This document shows, piece after piece, positions 24,607 through 35,403 of a DNA stretch of 64,000 bases. Origin of the DNA: Basidiobolus meristosporus CBS 931.73 (lineage: Eukaryota > Fungi > Basidiobolomycota). The notes below the pieces were generated by a model, which saw nothing but the letters and a program-made list of their open reading frames with translations, searched no databases and had not been told where the DNA came from. The translations under genes were made by a program, and so were the position numbers. The stretch covers positions 1 through 64,000 of the forward strand of contig MCFE01000251.1 in assembly GCA_002104905.1 (NCBI GenBank), written 5' to 3'. How positions within the stretch are numbered: position 1 is the stretch's first letter; every line of letters starts with the position of its first letter.

Positions 24607-25490
24607 ATGACTTACTCATCTGAATGGTCTTTTCTCATCAATCCCATAACTACCACTGGATTTCCCTTTGACACACTAGAGGAGATCTATACCAAGTATT
24701 GTGGTCCATCTACCCCAGTCTACTCAAGGAGATCCCTTGTTAAGCTTCTCTGCTATTACAAGAACTATTGCCCAACAAGGTTTCATCCCACCATCCATGG
24801 CAACAAAAGTCCTAGAAGCTTTCATTCTCAGCTGACAGCAATGGAGAATCACATTGCAGAGGGTATGAATGACTGAGAGCAAGCTTGGAGTACTAGGTAC
24901 AGAAGCTCCCATAGACTTCCATATCCCAGAGTGCTCATCAACAGGTTCCATATAAGAAGTATTTAGGATACCTTCCCAGTCCGGATTAGCACACCTTCTA
25001 GAGGGCAGAGGCACTTTTATTCTGGCAATTACAAGGCACACTGTGTGAGGTTTCAAGAACTGTCTGACATTGAGATAACATCATCTGGCTTAGTGGGTCA
25101 TTTGCTGGAAGTAGGCATGGCAAAGCACTCTGGGTAGAGAATCATCCAGAATTCAGTAGAGGGGAGAAATGTATGGCAGATTTAGCTTATATAGGAGAGG
25201 ATTGTCAGAGATTAGGATGTATTACAGCTTATAGGAAGTCAAGGAATAGTGTGCTTAGCAGGAAGCAGAAGCTCTACAATGAGATATTTAATCATTTCAG
25301 AGTGAGGGTAGAGCATACATTTGGATATCTGAAGAGATTCAGCATATTGGCAGGTAAATACAGAGGAAAGTCATACATAGGAGAAAACAGCAGATTAGGT
25401 AAAGTAGTCAAGATACTTATTAATGCACAGTATATTCATACAAGACAACAATCACTGAAAGAAATGTGTCTGGAGCATTATGAAGAGTGA
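24607..25490 (+). pseudogene. DDE_Tnp_4-type (IS5/Harbinger) transposase, with stops and a frameshift
   Basis: DTFPVRISTP...FYSGNYKAHC; IIWLSGSFAGSRH; MADLAYIG; YNEIFNHFRVRVEHTFGYLKRFSIL (D, D, E motifs). Confidence 0.85.
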
Positions 25491-25965
25491 ATAAAGCTAG
25501 GAAAGCACTACTCTGAACAACACAAGTAAGATTGAGTAAAATTACCAGTAACTATATCCTACCACTGGCATTATGGTAGAAGTTATAGTGACAGATAATG
25601 TCAGATCAATCCGGCACTATAGACAGGCTGGCACTATGTGGCACTATCCAATGGAAGAAGTCTAGTATATCAACAATAGCAGAGACTTATAAAGGCAGAA
25701 CAACAAGGGTGCAATGGCTAAAAACCAGAATGAAGCTGCAGTTCTTTCCATTTAATGCCATAAGCCTGGATCAGACTGAATCCCATCATAGTCATGATAA
25801 ATTATCAACAAGAAAACTGCTGTTTTCACAAGAGTTGAATGTGCAGCCAGTTGAGCTACACTCCAGTCAGGTAAACAAGTTAGAAGAGAATGGCAATTTG
25901 CTTACCACAGCCTCCACATCCCCCATTGCTAGCAGAGGTGATATTGTACCAACAGACAAAGTAGC

Positions 25966-28900
25966 TGTTGCAATTTAAGAAGTGATTTGGATATAAGGAA
26001 CTTATCAAGAAATAGTGATAATAGTTGAACTGTTGTTTATTCATAAAGAAGCTCAGTGTTTATACCTTTGTAGATGTAATACAGCTGCAAAACTAAGTAG
26101 GGAGGGTTTCGCAATATTCAGGAGCATTCTGTAACAGTTTCAGGGTTAGTACGTAATGTTTGGTAATAGTGCTAATTTGATCCTGACTATAGGGGAATAA
26201 TCATAAGATCATATATCTGGAGAAAGTGGCAAAGTTAAGGCAGTAAATGAGTCCTACAGTGACTAAGACTAGCCTAGAATTGTTAAGTAAACTTTTAGCT
26301 GCTGAATGATACCAAATAGTCCAATATTTCAACACTCCCCCTCAACTAAATAATTTCTTAATCCCAATTTCTCTCTAAGGATCTCAATCTATGGCCTAGC
26401 TAGTGGTTTTGTCAATATGTCTGCCACCATTTTGTCAGTTGGGCAGATTATCCTTGTAAATACATGTTGGTTCACCTGAATTAAAACCTAAGTCTTTGAA
26501 TAATTTTTGTAGCCATATGGCCTCCTTAGTTGCTTGACATGCAGCCATATATTTGGCTTCAGTTGTAGATAGTGCCACAGTTGGTTGTTTCTTGCAATTC
26601 TAAGTAATAGTTGCACCAGCATAAAGAAATACATAGCCTGTGGTAGAGCGTCTGTCAATCAGATCCCTACCCCAATCTGAATCACTGTAACCATCAAATT
26701 TTTGCCTATAAGCTGCTTAAGAGTATTCCAGTATCATATTTATGGTACCTTGTAGATATCTGAAAATCCGCTCAACTGCTGCAATTTGATCTGATCCATA
26801 ATTCTGCATGAATTGACTGACTATTCCAACTGCTACTGCAATATCTGGACATGTAGACACCATCAAGTACATTGGGATACCAACCATTGATTGATAGGGA
26901 AAGTTTTGGTCCATATTTGAGCTGTTTTCATCTATAACTGGCTGAGATTTGCTTAATTTCAGGTTATTGTCCATAGGGGTTGCTGCAGGCTTGCAATTTT
27001 CCATTTTGAAGCGTCTAAGAATGTCCCTGATGTACTTAGACTGATTCAGCACAATTTTCTGCGTAGGTATGTCAAATTTGACCTCAATTCCAAGAAAATA
27101 GCTCAATTTTCCAAGATCTTTCATCTCAAACTTGCTGAAGAGATCTGATTTTGTCTGTTTAAGTGCCTCTTGATCACTTGTAGCTATAATTAGGTTGTCC
27201 ACATAAAGAACTAGGATGATCACACCCTTTTTGAGCTGTTTCACATATATACTGTGATCTGCAGTGCTATGAGAGAACCCAATTTCCTCTAGATATGTGT
27301 CAATATTGTTATACCATGCTCTGGGTGCCTGCTTAAGCCCATACAACAATTTTCTAAGTTTGCACACCTTATGGGGGCTTTTTGGATCGGTAAAACCTTC
27401 TGGTTGCTCCATATATATAGTTTCTTGCAAATCCCCATTTAGAAAGGCTGTTTTGACGTCCATTTGGTGTAGATCTAGACTGTGTACAGCTGCCAGGGCT
27501 AGAACTGTCCTAATAGAGTTAAACTTGGCAACCAGAGCAAATGTTTCCTTAAAGTCTAGTCCCTGGATCTGGGAATAGCCTTTAGCTACCAATCTAGCCA
27601 TGTACTTATCAACAGCACCATTTGAGGTTATCTTGATCTTGTAGACCCATCTACATCCTATTGGCTTTCTCCCGTTTGGTAAATCTACCAGTTCCCACAT
27701 TTTTGCCTTGATCAGTGATTGGTACTCCTCCTGCATGGCTTGTTGCCACTTAGTAGCATCTGGACCTTGCATTGCCTGTTCCAGATTCTGAGGTTCGGCA
27801 CATAAGGCAAGATAAGCTTCTTCATGATCATTGGACGTCTGCCACCAGGATCCAGGGGAATTTCTTATTCTGGTAGATCTCCTAACTGGGATAATCTGTT
27901 CTGATCTGGAACTGGTAGAAGTATCTTCCATCTCTGGCTGGATTTGGTACGTATCGTCTTCATTTGTGTTGATTGCATCATCAGGCAGCTGGCCAATGAT
28001 TTCCGTGGCTTTCTGATCTGAATTCTCCTCAAATACAACGTCCCTGCTCTTGATCAGCTTCTGAGTTTTGCCATCATACACTCTATACCCTTTAGTATCT
28101 TCACAATACCCAAGAAAGATCCCTTTTCTACTCTTTGGTTCCAACTTTTAGCGTTTTTTGTCAGGGATGTGATAAAAAACATCACTGCCAAAGATCCTGA
28201 GATGCTGGAGATCTGGTTTTTTGCCTGTATATGCTTCAAACGGTGTTGAATCATGTAGTGCTGTTGTTGGGCATCTGTTCTTGATGTATACAGTGATAGC
28301 AACAGATTCAGCCCAAAACTTGTAGTCCTTTCCCTTATCATGTAGCATAGATCTTCCCATCTCTACTATTGTTCTATTTGCACGTTCTGCTACTCCATTT
28401 TGCTGTGGAGTATGAGGAACTGTGGTCTGTTGAAGTATACCAGTAGACAAGCAGTATTTTGCAAACTCCTTTGAGCAGTATTTTCCTCCATTATCACTTT
28501 GTAGTACCTTCAATTTACACCCAGTTTGTGTTTCTGCCATGTTCTTGAAGTGCTTAAACGTCTCTAAAGCTTCATCCTTTGTTTTGAGGAAGTACACCCC
28601 TGTATATCTTGTCTTGTCATCAATAAACGTCATAAAGTATCTCTTGGCTCCAAAGGACAGTGTTCTCATGGGGCCACATATGTCGGAGTGTACAATAGCC
28701 AATATTTGGGTGGTATTGATTCCTTCTGAGCTCTTGAAACGTTGCCTAGCTTGTTTGCCATATGAACATCCCTTACAAACATTCAATTTGATTGGAATTG
28801 AGTATTTTAGGCCCAAAACAACCTGATTTTTCACCAATTGGCTCATTTTCTGTTCCCCTATGTGTCCTAGCCTTCTATGCCACGTCTCCCAGTTGGTTTC

Positions 28901-30181
28901 ATCAGTTTTAGCAATGTTGACATACTCAAGTACAATGATCTTGCATTGTAACTTGTATATATTGTGATCTCTGATTCCCAAAGCTAATTTTTGTCCATTT
29001 TCACTTAATATTGAGCAGCTCAGCTTAGTAAAAACAAATTTCAGTCCCTGAGTAGTTGCTTTACTGACTGAGAGTAGGTTCTTAGCTATTCCAGGTACAT
29101 AGAGTACGTCAGTCAGTTTTGCTGTTGTTGCCCCTGAGTTATCACTCATATTTAGTTGTATAGACCCACTGGTGGTAGCTTCCAATGCAGAGTTATCTCC
29201 CAGATAAACCTTTCTTACGGGAATAGTCTTTAAGTTGCTGAACCAATCCTTTATACCACAAATATGCTGTGATGCTCCAGAGTCAATATACCATTCATTA
29301 CTTTGGTTACTTGCACTCTCTTGTACAGTGACAAATAACTGTTCATCAGTAGTTATATGGTTTGCCTGCTCTAATTTCTGTTTTTTGTCTGCTTGATTCT
29401 TCTTGCATTCTCTTGCCCAGTGTCCTGGCTTCTTACAGTAGTCACAGCAGCCAGGTTTTCTTCGGTTGTGTTGCTTTCCCTTCTTTTCTATATGCCTTTC
29501 TGAACTGAATAAAGCATTATCTTCAATTTTCTCTGCTTGATCATTACGTCTGAGTTCTTCATGGAGAAGTCTTCCTTTGACATAGTCTAAAGTCAAGTTG
29601 TCTTCTCTGCTTTCAAAAGAAAGTATGAGTGGCTCATACTCATCTGGTAGGCTGCAAAGCAGACAGAGTATCTTTTCTTCATCATCTACACCAGCATTAA
29701 TACTGTAAAGTTCTTCTGCAAGTGTCTCCATTCTGGTAATGAGTTGTAGCATGTCATCATCTGGCTTTTTTCTCATGTTGAAGAACTTTTGTTTCAAATA
29801 AAGCTTGCTTGATACTGACTTTGCTCTAAAGATCTTCTCTAAGGATTCCCATGCTGAAATAGTGATAATAGTTGAACTGTTGTTTATTCATAAAGAAGCT
29901 CAGTATTTATACCGTTGTAGATGTAATACAGCTGCAACACTAAGTAGGGAGGGTTTCTCAATATTCAGGAGCATTCTGTAACAGTTTCAGGGTTAGTACA
30001 TAATGTTTGGTAATAGTGCTAATTTGATCCTGACTATAGGGGAATAATCATAAAATCATATATCTGGAGAAAGTAGCAAAGTTAAGGCAGTAAATGAGTC
30101 CTACAGTGACTAAGACTAGCCTAGAATTGTTAAGCAAATTTTTAGCTGCTGAATAATACCAAATAGTCCAATATTTCAACA
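25966..30181 (-). mobile_element. Ty1/copia element family B with GTAGC TSD and internal deletions
   Basis: 3' LTR 25966-26334, PPT 26335-26346, partial 5' LTR 29857-30181; ORFs 28148-29797 and 26717-28144 separated by a TAA; deletion in RNase H near 26456. Confidence 0.94.
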
Positions 30182-30399
30182 GTAGCAATGTCAAGAGCTC
30201 AAAATGTTATCCAATGCCTTCAGTGGAATATTGGAACATTAATAGGCACACCAAGAGGTTGCAGCACTTCTTTGAGAGTAGTGCTCAAGAAAATGCACCT
30301 GAATATTGCAAGGACTTACTGCAAAGACTGGCAGATGAGGTTCTAGGCCTTATAGTGCTGGCTGAAGACCAGGACATATGGGAACCACAAGCAAAGGAG

Positions 30400-32090
30400 G
30401 TGATTAGGTGTCTGGGATTGGTCATTCTAGAGACTTTGCAGAACTCACTACATTGTGCAGCTCTGGAGGCTTGTCCTGTAGCTGCTTTGGGTTGCTTCCT
30501 CTTGGTCTGCTCTGTCAGAGCCTGATGGTAGTAGCATACTATTACCACTGGAAGTATTATGACTAGAGTCATTATCCTCAGTGTGGGCAACACCCAACAT
30601 TGCATAGTCAAAGCAGTCTGACTTCTTGACAGTTGTTTATTGCCCTTTGCAACAGGTTTCTGCTGGTTGCCTGCCAACCTTCACCATTTTTTGGGTAGCA
30701 TACTTATGGGAATCTTTAAGAAAAGAAATCAAGAAAAGGCCAGCAAAATTCCATCATAATATCTGCTGAATTCTAAGTTCCTCAAAATTGACATCTCTCA
30801 GTATCTTTGTTGTTATCCAATGAGCAAGCAAGCAAACAAATTTTTCCAGGTGGAGACTAGGTCAACTAGCAAAAAGACACCAGCTGAATACCAGCAATAT
30901 ATCATCAAAATACCAGCAGAATATCAATGAGTTCCAAGTTTGAGATTTTTCATAAGGAATGACTCAACCCAGTGGGTGTTATCAGGTTACAATCAGCATA
31001 TCCTTGTACACTGTCTGCACTATATATGCAACTTATATTATAGTAAGTCAACCAGTTTGGCTTTCATGTCACCATCATGTTGCCAATGTAAGATTGTTTC
31101 AGATATATCAGAATACTGTCAGGCAAAATAAATATAGTTATAACCCCATTGTAAAGTGGCACTTGGTCCTCATGGACTAAATAGCATTGGCAAAATGTTG
31201 TAAGAGAAACATCAAAAGACCATGCTACTACTGTAAGCAGCTTTCATGCCTTGAAGTGCAGAGTTTACACAAGTTACACTTGCAAATTCATAGTTGGTGT
31301 ACTGCCACACTGCAAGATCAATTCACCCCTACCCCCACTGAGCCAGCTAGTAGCTCTTTAAGTGCACCTTATTACATCTGGCAATACTTGGATGGTCTTT
31401 TACCTAAAAGATCACCTTTATCTCACAGTGCTTTGCAATACCATCCTACACAGAGTTGCCAGGCTTACCAAGATCATGAATATCTTGTATTGTCCTCTGC
31501 TAACCTCCCCCTGGATTCTGCCCTTAGCAACACCTACCCATTTGGTGCCACTGCGCCACTCTTTGGTTATGAAGAGAGCACCAAGCTGGAATGCCTGAGT
31601 GAGCTTAACCCAACTAGGACTTGCTTGCTGTACTGTTTTATTCTGACAGCAGTTTGGGAGAAGCCCAGTTGGAGACTGGCAGAGAGCCATCATAAGAGCA
31701 ACTGTGATGTCAAGTGAGCCCACAATTACAAATATCCATGTAGGACGCAATGTTGAAACTAGAGAGCTGACATGTGTCCTCCAATTCTTCCAATGGAAGC
31801 TTTGGGGAGCTACTGCAACTCCTTGCTCAGATTATCTCATAGTGTGACCTTCCAGTGACTTGGACAAAAGGAAGTCTATTGTAGTACAAGCAAAATATCA
31901 TCCTAATGCCATGTTGATACTATTATGTACTAATAACTGTATGGTATTTAGTGAAAACCACTGTCAAATCACCCAATGTCCAATCAGTGAAGATCACACC
32001 ATGACAAAGATGGGCAGATTTTATTGATATTTGGGGCATATTACGTTAATACCAAGACTCCAGGTAGTGATGGAATCAGACAAGTACCAT
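30400..32090. mobile_element. CACTA remnant copy 3 (Tnp2 N-terminus on +), diverged
   Basis: 31187 RPCYYCKQ zinc finger; ~31940 CTNNCMVF...QCP motif; opposite orientation to copies 1 and 2. Confidence 0.6.
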
Positions 32091-33767
32091 AGCCCCTATG
32101 AAAATAATTTGGTCATGCAAATGGATTCAGTCTAGATCAGCCATCAAGATCCCACAATCATTCCATTTTAATGCCAGCAGCTTGGAATTATTGCCTCTCC
32201 ATACTATCATATGATAGGATTATATTGGTGTTTTACTGCATTTACTGTGGAATTAAGCTAAAAACCAGATGGTGTTTCAGCAGTCATTTAATGGGAATTG
32301 CATGGCATTTAATGATCTTGATGTGCTCTTCATTTATTTGAGCAGACCAAGCTGGCCAATAAATCCTATTGCCTTATATAGCAATAAGCTTGATAGTGTT
32401 CTGATGGCCTCATTGCTAACCTCTGTTGGCATTATTACAACAGTACAGTGGCCTACAGATAGTTCTGTGTAATGCCACTAAACCAATTTACCCAATGGTT
32501 TTTTCTTTTTCTACCCCCCCCTTGTGCCATTCATATATTCCATTATAGAATCACCCATCTTTATTTGCTTACCCATTACTACCTTGGGTATTCTACCGAT
32601 ATTTGCATCAAAAAAACTATGGCCTCTTGCTTACTAACCACTACACATGTGCACACCTGCTGCAATTGACACATTTCTATAGCCTCAACTCTGCAGCTTT
32701 TTAGTATAATACTTGCATAGTTGCCATATGCCTTGTACTACTGGTAACATATACATCTTGCAAGTATAGGCTTAGTTGCCACCACTTTTGCCAAAAATAC
32801 CTCCTCAATATCTGCAAAGAACTTCTTAGTACCTAAGCAATATATTCCTTCTCCCTGCTGAGTTCTCATCTGCATTATAGGTGTTCTCTAGCGCTTGTTT
32901 GTGTGCTGAATGGTGTAGAAGTTGGCTTGTGGCCAGTAGAAGCCCAGCATGCTTTGGTGAAGCTGTCCTTATAAGAACTAGTTGATTGTTGCACCCACCC
33001 AACATTATATTACTAAGATGCTTAACCTTGCATTGGGGCTTCTGAGCTACTTTATGCAAAAAGCAGAGGTGTCTACATGCGCACATCTGTCCTTGATATT
33101 TTCCAACTCTTCCAGTCTGTTCTCTGTGTGCTAACTTATTACATCAATGACAAACTTAAAGGTAGTATTCTTGACAAGATTGGAATATGGTGGAACCCAC
33201 AACTTGACTTATCTCCTTAGCTTCCCACACATCTGCGCCAAAGGCAATTCCCTAAAGGTGAAGCAAAGCCCTGTATTTTCCACACTGCAGGAAGATGGAG
33301 TAGAGATTAGATACATTAACAATAGAGATCTATATGTTCAGCTTTATGTTTGTACTATAGATGCGCATTTCCTGTTTCAAATTCCTTGCATAAAGTTTCT
33401 AGATGCATTAAGTTGGCATTGGTGATCTGCTTCTGGATAAATAATCCCACAATATCCACATATGACTTCTAATCCTTCCAATGTACTCTTGGTAGAAAAT
33501 GCTTCAGAAGGCCACTTCATTAAATGCATTTCCTGTTCATCCAGTCCTGGCACTGGTATTGTTGCATTTGTGTATGAATATTGATTGGAGCCTGTGAGAA
33601 GTACTTTGGGCAGCAGATTCTCTGTAATATCTTGCAAATTCATTCAAACTATTTTAGTATCTCAAAGGGCTCATTCAGCTTGAAATGCCCCATTTACAAC
33701 TTGGTCATTAGTATAGGGATATTGTTGAACAGCAAATGCATTGCTCCCAGTGGAAAGCCTTTGCTCT

Positions 33768-34115
33768 TGTTGAAATAATTAGGAGTCCACCTAATTATTA
33801 ATATATTATGAACTAGCACTTAGTGAAATGATATATTTCAGATTATCAACATGAAAATTAGTTTGTAAGATATTTACTAATTATTAGGAATTAGAGAAGT
33901 ACAGAATTTTAGGAACATCTGAAATTGTCCAAATGAGCCAAAACTTAGCACATGTACTCCTGAGACTCCCCTAATAATGACCAAATAGTTGCATTTACGT
34001 AGTTCTGCAATAAGTATAAATACTGTGTTGCAACTCAATAAAACATCAAGTGAATATCATGTAAATCTTCTAATTCTCCAATTCACTTCCAATATATCTC
34101 TCTAATATTTCAACA
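33768..34115 (+). repeat. Copia-type solo LTR (348 bp), GCTCT TSD
   Basis: TGTTGAAA...TTTCAACA; GCTCT at 33763-33767 and 34116-34120. Confidence 0.88.
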
Positions 34116-34130
34116 GCTCTAACAGATAAC

Positions 34131-34864
34131 AGACTTGTTCCGTTGGATAGTGCCACATTGAGCCATGAGTGCCAAATGATGCCTTAGTGTGCCAGAGAGG
34201 CCAAGTGAGCCTATACTTGGCCACATAGTGTGAAACATAGCTCTGCATCTTCATGTAAAGCAGCCCCTGTGTTTCACCCATTGCACAAGAGAAAATCCAT
34301 TTTTTGACCTTTTTTTGTGGATCAATGTAGCTCAGGATGTGTAAGAGCACAGGAGAACTGAAGATATGTATCTGGTACTCAATACCCATGGCACTCTGAA
34401 TCTAGCTCCTGTAGCTTGTATCATGTCATAAAAATGAATGGCACTATCTTGGTCCACTGGTACTATCTGGCACTATAAGTGCTTTGTATAGATCTTACTT
34501 TAGGGCTAATATTTAAATATAGTGCCAGATAGTACCAGTGGACCAAGATAGTGCCATTCATTTTTGTGACATCATACAAGCTACAGGAGCTAGATTCAGA
34601 GTGCCATGGGTATTGAGTACCAGATGCATATCTTCAATCTGCTTGTGCTCTAATACATCCTGCACAACATTGATCCAAAAAAATAGGTCAAAAAATGGAT
34701 TTTCTCCAACACAATGGGTGGAACACAGGGGCTGCTTTGCATGAAGATGCGGAGCTATGTTTCACACTCTGTGGCCAGGTAGAGGCTCAATTGGCCTCTC
34801 TGGCACACTATGGCATCATTTGGCACTCATGGCTCAATGTGGCACTATCCAACGGAACAAGTCT
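34131..34864. mobile_element. Foldback MITE copy 2 (734 bp, AAC TSD)
   Basis: Same termini as copy 1; AAC duplicated; empty site ~14410-14430. Confidence 0.95.
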
Positions 34865-35403
34865 AACAGCTATCTTAAGTATCTCCAGGTTCTAACTGAT
34901 TCCATCTTCCAGCTGATGGCTTATAGCTTGCAAACTTTGATTTAATTGCATGCTGACTTCAGTATATTCCCACTGTGGGACAAAAATGTCCCTGGTGTTG
35001 GTGTTTAGGTTAACATAAAGTGTGTGAGTTATGGAGTACATCCCCTGGATCTCACACATTGGACAGCAATACCATCTATTGTGCTGATGACTTAGGTATC
35101 TCCAATACAGATGATAATCTGTGATTTTATATGAGAGCCATTTGGTAGTATCCTGCTGGAAGGCATACAAAACTCATCCAGCAATGGATAGAGGTAGCTG
35201 TCCGGGTTGGACAGTGATATAGGCCCAGATACCAGTGAGAATACCATCAAATTTCTGCTTGGACTCCATAAGCTAGATAGCAGGCTAAGGCTGAGAGGAG
35301 ATCAATGGCCCGCAGGATTAGCTGGTAGAGTACCTGTTGAATGAGAATCTAGCAAGTGCCAAGTCAAGGCCATGGTCATACATATCTTTGGAGCGGCCCA
35401 TGC

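Larger units (their letters stand above)
17318..25663. mobile_element. PIF/Harbinger-IS5 (PHIS) DNA transposon, ~3.4 kb without the nested gypsy, AGT TSD
   Basis: Ends AGATTTGTTCCAT... and ...ATGGAAGAAGTCT flanked by AGT/AGT; flanks rejoin to the CACTA sequence at ~4990-5060; carries a DDE_Tnp_4-type transposase. Confidence 0.85.
32091..35400 (-). mobile_element. CACTA remnant copy 4 (Tnp2 C-terminal half and terminus), interrupted by a solo LTR and a MITE
   Basis: Terminus agcccctatgaaaa resembles CACTCCTATGAAAA; 32680-33767 homologous to 13300-14410; 34868-35400 homologous to 14420-14960. Confidence 0.72.

Noticed and set aside
33377-33643. CGYCG-containing ORF as a KDZ/CxC domain
   Set aside because: It is an alternative frame of the CACTA Tnp2 C-terminal region homologous to 14000-14270.
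34102-34945. Recurrent short ORFs in MITE copies (also 10047-10736, 38504-39196)
   Set aside because: Shadows of a CpG-poor palindromic repeat; frames are not conserved between arms or copies.
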